A DNA stretch of 64,000 bases from the human T2T-CHM13v2.0 reference genome, Homo sapiens, in assembly GCA_009914755.4 (NCBI GenBank), contig CP068257.2, positions 2,016,001 to 2,080,000 of the forward strand. The letters are read 5' to 3'. The notes beneath the pieces are model-generated. The model did no database searches. It saw nothing but the letters and a program-made list of their open reading frames with translations, and was not told the origin of the DNA. The translations under genes were made by a program, and so were the position numbers. This document shows positions 40,901-52,935 of this stretch, piece after piece; the first letter of the stretch is position 1, and the number at the start of each line of letters is the position of its first letter.

Positions 40901-43900
40901 ATGGAATGGAATGGAATGGAATGGAATGGCGTGGAATGCAACGGAGTTGAATGGAGTGGAGTGGAGTGGAGTGGGGTGGAGTGGATTGGAATGGAACGAA
41001 ACGGAATGGAATGGATTGGAATGGAAACGATTGGAGTGGAATGGAATGGAATGGAATGGAGTGGAGTGGAATGGATTAGAATGGAATGGATTGGAATGGA
41101 GAGGAGGGCTGTGGAGTGGAATAGAATAAATTGGAGTGGAATGGAATGGAATGGAATCGAGTGGAGAAGAATGGAGTGGAGTGGAATGCAATGGAATGGA
41201 GTGGACTGTAATGGATTGGAATGGAATGGAATGGAAGGGAGTTGAGGGTTGTGGAGTGGAATAGAATTTATTGGAATTGAATGGAACGGAACGGAATGGA
41301 AAGGATTGGAATGGAATGGAATAGAAGGGAGAGGAGTGGAAAGGAATGGTATGGAGTGAAATGGAATGGAAGGGAATGGAATGGAACATATTGGAATGGA
41401 AACGAATGGAATGGAATGGAATAGAATGGAATGGAAATGAATGGAATGGAATGAAATGCAATAGAATGGAGTGTTAAAGAAGTGATTGAAGTGGAGGGGA
41501 ACGGAGTGGAATGGAGTGGAATCAAGTGGAATGGAAAAGAATGGAACGGAGTTTAGTGGAATATTATGGAGTGGAATGGAATCGAGTGGAAAGGAAAGTA
41601 GTGGAGTCGAGTGGAACGGAATGGAGTTAAATGGAATAGAGTGCTATGGAATGGAATGGTGTGTAGTGGAATGAAATGGAGTGGCATGGAATGGAGTGCA
41701 GTGGAATGGAGTGGAGTGCAATGGAATGGAATGCAATGGAATGGAATCGAATGGAATGGAATGGGGTGGAGTGAAATTGAATGGAGAGGAATGGAAGGAG
41801 TGGAATGGAATGTAGTGTAAAGGTATGTAATGTAACAGTGGAGTGGAATGAAATGGAATGGAATGGAATGGAGTGTTGTGCAATGGAATGGAATGGAGTG
41901 GAATGGAATAGAATGGAATGGAATGGAATGGAATGGAAAGGAATGGAGAGGAATGGAATGGAGAGGAATGGAATGCAATGGAGTGGAATGGAATGGAATC
42001 GAGTGGAGTGGAATGGAATGGAGTGGAGTGGAATAGAGTGGAATGGAATGGAATGGAGTGCAGGGGATTGAAGTGGAGTACTTTGGAGTCGAATGGAGTC
42101 AAAGGTATTAAATGGAATGGAGTGGAGTGGAAGGGGGTGGAGTGGAATGGAATGGAATGGAATGGGGTGCAGTGGAATGGAATGGAATTGAGTGGAGTAG
42201 AGTGGAGAGGATTGGAGATGAGTGGAGTGGAGTGGAGTGGAAACGAGTGGAATTGAGTACATTTGAATAGAATTAAATGGAATGTAATGGAGTGGAATGG
42301 AATGGAGTGGAATGGATTGTAGTGGACTAGAATTTAATAGAGTGGAATGGATTGGAGAGAAGTGGAACAGAATGGAATGGAAAGGAATGGAATGGTGTGG
42401 AGTGCAATGGAATGGAGTGGAATGTAGTTGAGTTGAGTGGATTGGAATGGAATATAGTGGAATTGAATGGTATGGAGTGGCGTATAATGAAAAGGAATAT
42501 AATGGAATGGAGTGGGGTTTAGTGGATTGAAATTGAGTGAAGTGGTATAGAATGGAATGAAATGGAGTGGAATGCAGAGGCTTCGATTGGAATCGAATGG
42601 AAAAGAGAGGAATTGAATGGATTTGACTGGAATGGAGTGGAAAGAAGTGCAGTGGAATAGAATGAAGAGGAATGGAAAGGAGTGGAATGGATTGGGGTGG
42701 AGTGGAGTGGAATGGAGTGGAGAGGAACAGAATGGAATGGAATGGAATGGAGGGTTGTGGAATGGAATGCAGTGGAACGGAGTGGAGTGGAATGGAATGG
42801 AGTGGACTGGAATTGAGAGGAATGGATTGGAGTGGAGAGGAGTGAAATGGAATGGAGTGGAGCAGAAAGGAATGGAAAGTTATGGAATCGAGTGGAATGG
42901 AATGGAGTTGAATGGAATGGAGTGGAATGGAGTGGAGTAGAATGAAATGGAAAGTTATGGAATGCAGTGGAATGGAATGGATTTGAGTGGAATGGAATGG
43001 AATGGAATGGAGTGGAGTGGATTGGAATGGAATGGAGAGGAATGGAGTGGAGTGGAGTGGAAAGGAGTGGTTTGGAATGGAGTGGAATGGAACGGAATGG
43101 AATGGAAGGCAATGGAAGGGATTGGTATGGAATGGAATGAAATGGAGCAAAGTTGAATGGAATAGAGTGGAATGGAATAGAATGGAATGGAATGGAATGG
43201 ACTGGAATGGAGTGGAGTGCAGTGGAGTGGAATGGAATGGAGTCGAGTTGATTGGAATGGAGTGGAATGGAATGGAGTGGAATGTAGTTGAGTGGAGTGG
43301 AGTGGAATGGAATGGAGTGCAACAGAGTAGAATGGAATGGAACGGAAAGTTGGGCAGTGGAGTGGAATGAAATGGAGACGAATGGAATAGAGTGGAATGG
43401 AATGGAGTGGAGTGGAGTGGAATGGAATGGAGGGCAATGGAGTGGAGTGGAGTGGAATTGAGTGGTATGGAATGGAGTTGAATGCAATGGAATAGAATGG
43501 AATGGAATGGAATGGTGTGGAGTGGAATGGAATGGAATGGAATGGAAAGGAACGGAATGGAATGTGGTGGAATGCAGTGGAATGGAATATAATTTGAAAA
43601 GAATGGAATGGAAAGGAATGGAATATAATCGAATGGAGTGGAGAGGAATGGAAAAGAATAAACTGGAATGGAGTGGAGTGGAGTGGAATAGAATGGAGTG
43701 GAGTGGAGTGAAATTGAATGGAATGGAATGGAATGGAATGGAATGGAGTGAAGTGGAATGGAGTCGACTGCAGTGGAATGGAATGAAATGGAGAGGAAGG
43801 GAGTGTAGTGGAATGGAATGGAGTGGAATATAGTGGACTGGGGTGGATAGGAATGGAATGTAGACGAACGGAATGGAGAGGAGTGGAATGGAACGGATTG

Positions 43901-46900
43901 GAATGTTATGCAATGGAATGGAATGGAAAGAAATTGAATACAATGGAATGGAATGGGGGGAGGGGAATGGAATTGAGTGGAGTGGAATACAATGGAATAG
44001 AATGGAATTTAGTGGAGTGGAGTGGCGTCCAGTGGTTGGTAATTGAAAGTAAGGGAATGGAATGGAATGGAGTCGAATGCAGTGGAGTGGAACACAGTGG
44101 AATGGAGTGGAGTGGAATGGAGAAGAGTGGAGTCGAGTGGATTGGAATGGAGTGGAGTGAGGTGGAATGCAATGTAGTGGAATCACATGGAATAGAATCG
44201 AATGGAATGGAGTGGAATGGAATGAAGTGGAGAGGCGTGAAATGGAATGGAATGGAATGGAGGGTAGGGGAGTGGAGTAGAATGGAAAGGAGTTGAATGT
44301 ACTGGATTGTAGTGGATTGTAATGGATTGTACTGGAGTTGAAAGGAATGGAATGGAATGGAATGGAATGAAAAGGAGTGGGAAGGAATGGAGTGAAGTGG
44401 ATTTGAATGGAATTGAGTGGAGTGGAATGGTATGGAATGAAATGGGATGGAGTGAAGTAGAGTGGGGTTGAGTGAAATGGAATTGAATGGAATGTTATGG
44501 AATTTAATGGAATTGGTTGGAATGGAATGGAATGGAATGGAATAGAATGCTATGGAGTGGAGTGGAGTTGAGTGGAGCAGAGAGGAATGGACCGTAAAAG
44601 AATGGCATGGAATGGAGTCGGATGAAATTGAATGGAATTGAAAGGAATGGCATGGAATGGAGAGGAAGGCAATGGAGTGGAATGGAGTGGATTGGAATGG
44701 AAAGGAGCGGAATGGATTGGAGCGGAGTGGAATGCAATGGAGTGAAATGGAGAGTAGTGGAATGGAATGCAATGGATTCTTGAGGAATGGAATGAATTGG
44801 AGTAGAATGGAGTGGAAAAGAGTGGAGTGCAATGGTAATCATTGGAATAGAATGGATTGTAAAGGAGCTGAGAGAAGTGACATAGATTAGAGTGGAACGG
44901 AGTTATTTGGAGTGGAATGGAATGGACTGTAATGGAATTGAATGGAGTGGAATGGAATGGAATGGAGTGAAGTGGAGTGGGATCGAGTGGAATGGAATGG
45001 AATGGAGTGGAATGGAATGGAATGGATATGAGGGGAGTGGAATGAAATGAAATGGAATGGAATAGAGTGGATTGGAAAGGAATGGAATGGAATGGAGTGA
45101 TGTGGAATGAAATGGAGTGGATGGAGTGGAGTTTAGCGGATTGGAATGGAATGGAGTGGAATGGAATAGAGTGGAATGGAATGGAATGGTGTGTAGTGGA
45201 ATGTAACTGGATGGAAAGGAATGGAATGAAATGGAAAGGAATGGAACGGAGTGGAGAGGATTAGAGTGGAATGGAATTAAGTGGAGTGGAAAAAAATGCA
45301 ATGGAATGAAAAGCAATGGAGTGGAGTGGAATGGAGTGGAAAGGAATGGACCAGAATGGAACGGAATGGAATGGAGAGGAATGTAATGTAATGGAATGGA
45401 GTGGAATGGAATTGATTGGAATGGAATGTAGTGGAGTGGAGTGGAGTGGGGTCGAGTGGATGGGAATAGAATGGAATGGAATTGATTGGAATTGAAACGA
45501 GGGGAGTGGAGTGGATAGAATGGAATGGAGTGGAGTTGAATGGATTGGAATGGAATGCAATGGAATGGAGAGAAGGGGTGTGGAGTGGAATAGAATGGAT
45601 TGGAGTGGAATGGAATGGAATGAAATGGAATGGAACGGAATCGAGAGCAAAGGAGTGGAGTGGAATGGATTGGAATGGAATCGAATGGAAGGGAGATGAG
45701 GGGTGTGGAGTGGAAAAGAGTTTATTGGAGTTGAATGGAATAGAGTGGAGCAGATTGGAATGGAATGGAAGGGAGAGGAGGGCAATAGAATGAAATGGAA
45801 TGGAATTTAATGGAATGGAGTGGAACAGAATGCAATGGAGTGGAATGTAATGAAATGGAAAGGCATGGGATGAAGTGGAACGCAATGGAATGGAATGGAT
45901 TGGTAATGAGGAGAGAGGAGTGGAATGGAATGGAGTGGAAAGCAGTGGAGGGGATTGGAATGGAATGGAGTGGAGTGGGATTGAATGGAGTGTAATGGAA
46001 TGGAGTGGAATGGAGTGGAGTGGAATGGAATGGAACGGAGTGTGGTGGAATGGAATGGAATGAAGTAGAGAGAAATGGAGTAGAGTGGAGAGGAATACAG
46101 CGGAATGAAGAGGAGTAGAATAGAATAGAATAGAATGGAATGGTGTGTAGTGGAATGAAATGGAGTGGCATGGAATGGAGTGGAGTGGAATTGAGTGGAG
46201 TGCAATGGATTGGAATGGAATGGAATGCAATGGAATGGAATCGAATGTAATGGGATGGGGTAGAGTGGAATTGAATGGATGTTAATGGATGGAGTGGAAT
46301 GGAATGTAGTGTAAAGGAATGGAATGTACTCAAGTAGAATGAAATTTAATAGAAAGGAAAGAAGGGGAGTGCAATGTAATGGAAAGGAGTGGAATGGAAT
46401 GGAATGGAATGGAATGGAATGTTATGGAATGGAATGGAATGGAATCGAGTGGACTGGAATGGAATGGAGTGGAGTGGAAGGGAATGGAATGGAATTGAAT
46501 GGATTGCAGTGGATTGAAGTGGAGTTCTTTGGAATGGAATGGAGTGGAATGGAATTAAATGGAATGGAGTGGAATGGAAGGGGGTGGAGTGGAATGGAAT
46601 GGAACAGAATGGAGTGGAGTGGAATGGAATGGAATTGAGTGGAGTACAGTGGAGATGATTGAATATGAGTGGAGTGGAGTGGAATGGAGTGGATTGGAAT
46701 AGAAAAAACGGAATGGAATGGATTGAAATGGAACGAAGTGAAATGGAATGGAGTGGAATGGACTGTGGTAGACTGGAATGGAATAGAGTGGAATGGATTG
46801 GAGAGAAGTGGAACAGAATGGAATGGTGTGGAAGGGAATGCAATGGAACAGAGTGGACTAGAAAGGATTTGAGTGGAATGGAGTGAAATGGAATTTAATG

Positions 46901-49900
46901 GAATACAACGGAATGGCATAGAATGGAGTGGGATGGAGAGGAATGGAATGGAATGGAATGGAATCTAATGGAACAGAAAGGAATGGAGGGAAGTGGGAAG
47001 GAATGGAATTTAATGGAATGGAGTGGAATGGAGAGGATTGTTATGGAGTGGCAAGGAATGAAATCGAATGGAGTGGAATGGAATGGAATGGAGTGGAGTG
47101 GAGTGGAGTGGAATGGAGTGGAGAGGAGTGTAGTGGAATGGAATGGAAGGAATGGAATTTAATGGAATGGAATGGCAGGGAATGGAATGTAGCGGAGGGG
47201 AGAGGAGAGGAGTGGAAAGTAATGGAGTGGAATGGAATGGAACAGAATGGAGTGGAATGGAGAGAAGAGGAGTGGAATTGTATGCAATGGAGTGGAATGG
47301 AAGGGAATGGAATGGTACGGAAAGGAATGAAGTGGAATGGAATGGAATTGAAAGGAACGGAATGGAATAGCGTGGAATGGAATGGTGTGGAATGGAATGG
47401 TATGGATTCGAGTGGAATGGAGCAGAATGGAATGGAAGCGAATGTACTGGAGTGGAGTGGAGTGGAATGGAATAGAAAAGAATGGAATTGGGTGGATTGC
47501 AATGGAATTGACTGGAGTGGAAGACAATGGAATGGAATGGAATGGTTGTAGTAGAGTGGAGTGTGGTCGGGTGGAATAAAATGGAATGGATTGGAGTGAA
47601 ATGGAACGGAATTCCGTGGAATACAATGAAATGGAATGGAATGGAATGGAAAGGAAAGGAATGGAACGGAACGGGCCAGAACAGAATGGAATGGAACGAA
47701 ATGGAATGGAATGGAATGGAATAGAGTGGAAAGGAATGGAATGAAATGGGGTGGAATATAGAGGAGTGGAGTGGAATGGAATGGAATGCAGTGGAGTGGA
47801 AAGGAATGGAGCAGAATTTATTGGAATGGAATGCAATGCAATGGAAACGAATGGAATGGAATGGGGTGGAATGGGGTAGTGCGGAAAGGAATGGAGCAGA
47901 ATTTAATGGAATGGAATGCAATGGAATGGAAACGAATGGAATGGAATGGGGTGGAATAGAGTGGTGTGGAATTTAATGGAGTGAAGTTGAATGGAATGGA
48001 ATGGAAAGGATTGGAATGCAGTGGAGTGGAATGGATTGGAATAGAATGGAATAGAGTGGAATGGAATCTAGTGTAATGGAATGGAAGGGAATGAAATGAA
48101 ATGCAGTCGAATGTAATAGAATAGAACGGAAGTGAATGGAGTGGAGTGAAAAGTATTGAATTTTTTCAAGTGGAATGGAATGGAATGGAATGTAAAGGAA
48201 TGGAATGCATTGGAAATGAATGGAAAGGAATGGAGTGGAAGTGTAGTATACTGGAGTGGAGTGGAGTGAAATGGAAGAGAATAGAATGGAAAGGAACGGA
48301 ATGGAACAGAATGGATTGGAATGGAATGGAATGGAATGGAATAGACTGTATTGGAATGTAATGTAATGTTATGTAATGGAAAGGAATGGAATAGAGTGGA
48401 ACGGAATGGAATTGAATGGAGTGGAATGTAGAGGAGTGGAGTGTAATGGAATGGAATGTTGTGGAAGGGATTTTAGAGGAATGGAGTGGAGTGGAATGGA
48501 ATGGAGTGGAATAGAGTGCAGTGGAATGGAATGGAGTGGAATGGAATGGAATGGAGTGGAATGGAATGGAAAGAATTGGAGTGGACTTCTGTGGAATAGA
48601 ATGGAATGGAGAGGAGGGGAACGGAGTGGAGTAGACTAGAATGAAATCAAATGGAATGGAATGGAATGGAAAGGAAAGAAATGGAATCGAGTGGAGTGGA
48701 GAAGAAGAGAATGGAGTGGAGTAAAATGGATTGGAATGGAAAGGAACAGAATGGAATGGAGTGAAGTGGAGTGGAGAGAACTGGAGAGGAATGGAGTGGA
48801 ATTTAATGGAATGGAAGGGAATGGAATGGAATGGAGTGCAGTGGAATGGAATGGAATGGAATGGAATGGAGTGGATTGGAATGGAATGAAGTGTAATGGA
48901 AAGGAGTGGAATGGGATGGAATGGACTGGAGAGGAGTGGAATGGAATTGAATGCAATAAAATGGAATGGAGTGAAGTGGAGTGAAGTGGAATATAATGTA
49001 ATGGAATGCAATGGAGTGCAATGGAGTGGAGTGGATTGGAACGGAATAGAGTGGAATAGAGTGGAGTGGATGGAATGGAATGGAATGGAATGGAAAGGAA
49101 TGGAATGGAATGGAGTGGAATGGATTGGAATGGAATGGAATGGAGTGGAATGGAATGGAATGGAATGGAGTGGATTGAAGTGGAATGGAAAGGAAAGGAA
49201 TGGCATGGAATGGAATGGAATGGAGTGGAGTGGAGAGGTGGGGATAGGGGTGGAATGCAATGAAATGCAATCCAATGGAATGGAATGCAATGGAATGGAA
49301 TGCAATGGAATGGAAGGGAATGGAGTGGAATGAAGGAGAGTGGAATGGAATGGAGTGGAATGGAATGGAATGGATTGGAATGATGTGGAGTGGGGTGGAT
49401 GGAATGGAATGGAATGGACTGGACTGGACTGGATGGAATAAAATGTAAAGGCACGTATCAAATGGATGTAATGGAATCGAATGGAAGTGAGTGCACTGGA
49501 GTGGAGTGGAGTGTAAAGAAATGGAATGGAGTGGAATTCAAGGGAATGGAAAGGGAAGGAATGGAATGGAAAGGAAAGGAATGGAGTGGAGTGGTTTGGA
49601 ATGGAATGGAGTAGAGTGGAATGGAATGCAATGGAATGGAATGGAATGAATCGGAATGGAATGGAAACGAATTCCATAATGTGGAAGGAATGGAATGGAG
49701 TGGAATGGAATCTTGTGGAATGCAACAGAAGGCAATGGAATGGAAAGGAGAGGAGTGTAGTGTAGTGGAATGGAATGAACAGGTATGGAATGTAACCTAA
49801 AGTAGTTGAATGGAATGGAGTAGAATGGAATGGGGTGGAATGAAATGGAGTGTTATGGAATGCAATTGAGTGGAATGGGGTCGAATGGAGTGGAGTGTAA

Positions 49901-50529
49901 TGGAATGGCATGGAATCGAGTGGATTGGAATGGATTGGGATTGAGTGGAGTGGAATGCAAAGGAGTGGAATGGAATGGAATGGATTGGATTGGAGTTGAG
50001 TGGAATGGAATGGAATGGAGTGTAGTGGAGAGGAGTTTATAGGAGTGGAGTGGAGTGGAGTGGAAGGGAGTGGAATGGATTGGAATGGAATGGAATTGAA
50101 CGGAGCGGAAGGGAGTGGAGTGTAGTAGAGTGGAATGAAATGGAATGGAATTGAATGGAAAGGAATGGAAGGAATGGAATGGAATGAAAGGGAATCGAGT
50201 GGATTGGAGCGGAATAGAATGGAGGGGAAAGGAACGGAATGGAATGGAATGTAATGGAACGGAGTGGAGTCTAGTGAAGAGGAATGGAGCGGAACAGAAT
50301 GGAATATAGTGGAATGGAGTCGAGTGGAGTGCAGTGTAATGCAACGATATAGAAAGGAATGCAGTGGAATGGAATGGAGTGGAATGGAATGGAGTGGAAT
50401 GGAATGGAGTCGAATGGAATGGAATGGAATGGAGTGGAGTGGAATGGTAATGAATGCAATAAAATTGAGTAGAGTTGAATGGAGTGAAGTGGAGTGGAAC
50501 GGAATGAAGTGGAATAGAGTGGAGTGAAA
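37986..50529 (+). repeat. Diverged pentameric GGAAT/GGAGT satellite (domain C) containing further copies of the multi-kb HOR
   Basis: Same composition as domain A. The anchor motif TGGTAATTGAAAGTAA(T/G)GGAATGG occurs at ~39,555 and ~44,035 (period ~4.48 kb). Flanking homology runs 39,340-39,760 vs 43,830-44,290 (GGATAGGAATGGAATGTAGA(T/C)GAACGGAATGGA; GGAATC(G/A)CATGGAATAGAATCGA). Confidence 0.85.
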
Positions 50530-50544
50530 AGGAATGGAATGGAT

Positions 50545-50650
50545 GGAATGGAATGGAATGAAATGGAATGGAATGGAATGAAATGGAATGGAATGGAATG
50601 AAACGGAATGGAATGGAATGAAATGGAATGGAATGGAATGAAATGGAAGT
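50545..50650 (+). repeat. 20-bp periodic micro-array (GGAATGGAATGGAATGAAAT)x5
   Basis: aaatgg/aaacgg occurs at 50,561; 50,581; 50,601; 50,621; 50,641. Confidence 0.85.
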
Positions 50651-51099
50651 GACCGGAGTGGAATGGAATGGAATGAAATGGAATGGAGTGGAATGGAATG
50701 GAATGGAAAGGAAAGGAATGGAATGGAAAAGAATGGAATGAAATGGAATGGAGTGGAATAGAATGGAATGGAATGGAATGGAATGGAATGGAATGGAATG
50801 GAATGGAATGGAATCAACTGGAATGGGATGGAATGAAATGGAATGGAAAGAAAGGGAATGGAATTTAATGAAACGGAGACTATCCGAACGGAATGGAATG
50901 GAATGGAATGCAATGGAATGGAATAAACACGAATGGAATGGAATGGAATGGAATGGAATGGAATGGAATGGAATGGAATGGAATGGAATGGAATGGAGTG
51001 GAATGGAATGGAATGGAATGGAACTTAATGGAATGGATTCAACCCAAGTAGAATGGAATGGAATGAAATGGAATGGAAAGGAATGGAAAGGAATGGAGT

Positions 51100-51290
51100 G
51101 GAATGGAATCAACGGGAGTGGAATGGAATGGAATGGAATGGAATGGAATGGAATGGAATGGAATCAACACGAGTGGCATGGAATGGAATGGAATGGAATG
51201 GAATGGAATGGAATGGAATGGAATCAACACGAGTGGCATGGAATGGAATGGAATGGAATGGAATAGAATGGAATGGAATGGAATAAACAT
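51100..51290 (+). repeat. 60-bp HOR x3: CAAC(G/A)(G/C)GAGTGG(C)ATGG + (GGAAT)~9
   Basis: caacacgagtggcatgg occurs at 51,165 and 51,225, with related caacgggagtgg at 51,107. The 20-aa repeated peptide MESTRVAWNGMEWNGMEWNG in ORF 51053..51286 mirrors this. Confidence 0.8.
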
Positions 51291-52449
51291 TAAGGGGATG
51301 GAATGGAATGGAATGGAATGGGATGGAATGGAATGGAATGGAATGGAATAGTATGGAATAGAATCAATTGGAATGGAATGGAAGGGAATGGAATGAAATG
51401 GAGTGGAATGGAATCAACCCAAATAGAATTGAATGGAATGGAATAGAATGGAATGGAGTGGAAAGGAATTGAGTGGAATGGAATCAACCAGTTGGAATGG
51501 ATTGCAATGGAATGGAATGGAATGGAACGGCGTTGAATGGAACGGAATGGAATAGAATGCAATGGAATGGCATGGAATCAACCCGAGTGGAATGGAATGG
51601 AAAGGAATGCAATGGAATGGAATGGAATGGAATGGAACGGAACGGAATGGAACAGAACGGAATGGAATGGAATGGAATCAAACCAAATGGAATGGAATGG
51701 AATCAACCCCAGTGGAATGGAATTGAAAGAAATGGAATGGAATGGAATGGAATGGAATGGAATGGAGTCAACTGGAATGGAATAGAATGGAATGGAATGG
51801 AATGGAATGGAATGGAATGGAATGGAATGGAATGGAATGGAATGGAAAAAACCCGAGTGGAATGGAATGGAATGGAATGGAATGAACTAGAAAGGAATGG
51901 AGTGGGATGAAATGGAATGGAATGGAATGAAATGGAATGGAAGGGAATATAATGGAATGGAATGGAATGGAATCAACCCGAGTACAATGGAATGGAATGG
52001 AAAGGAATGGAAAGGAATCGAGTGGAATCAACCCGAGTGGAATGGAATGGAGTGGAATTAATTGGAATGGAATGGAATGGAATGGAATAGAATAGAAAGG
52101 AATCAACTAGAATGGAATGGAATGGAATGCAATGCAATGGAATAGAACGGAATAGACTGGAATGGAATGGAATGGAATGGAATGGAATAGAATGCAATAG
52201 AATGGAATGGACTCAACTCGAGTGGAATGGAATGAAATGTAATGGAATGGAATGCAATAGAATAGAATGCAATGGAATGGAATCAAGTAGCCTCGAATGC
52301 AACAGAATGCAATGCAATCAACTCAAGTGGAATGGAATGGAAAGGAGTGGAATACAATGGAATGGAATGCAATAGAATGGAATTGAATGGAATGGAATAA
52401 TGTGGCCTCAAGTGCAATAGAATTAAATGGAATCAACTTGAAGGAATGG

Positions 52450-52935
52450 AATGGAATGGAAAGGAATAAACTGGAATGGAATGGAATGGAATGGAATGGA
52501 ATGGAATGGAATGGAATGGAATGGAATGGAATCAACACGAGCCGAATGGAAGATTGGAATGGAATTTAATGGAATGGAATAGAGTCAACCGAAGTGGAAT
52601 GGAATGGAATGGAATGAAATGGAATCAATCGGAGTGGAAAAGAATGTAACGGAATGGAAAGGAATGGAATGGAATGGAATCATCCAGAGTGGAATGGAAT
52701 GGAATGGAATGGAATGGAATGGAATGGAATGGAATGGAATGGAATCAACACGAGCCAAATGGAAGATTGGAATGGAATTTAATGGAATGGAATAGAGTCA
52801 ACCGAAGTGGAATGGAATGGAATGGAATGAAATGGAATCAATCGGAGTGGAAAAGAATGTAACGGAATGGAAAGGAATGGAATGGAATGGAATCATCCAG
52901 AGTGGAATGGAATGGAATGGAATGGAATGGAATGG
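52450..52935 (+). repeat. ~215-bp HOR x2 within canonical HSat3
   Basis: caacacgagcc occurs at 52,531 and 52,746. The whole intervening block (…gaagattggaatggaatttaatgg…agagtcaaccgaagtgg…caatcggagtggaaaagaatgtaacgg…catccagagtgg) is repeated near-identically. A partial third copy (caagcggagtggaaaagaatgtaacgg…catccagagtgg) is at 53,870-53,935. Confidence 0.8.
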
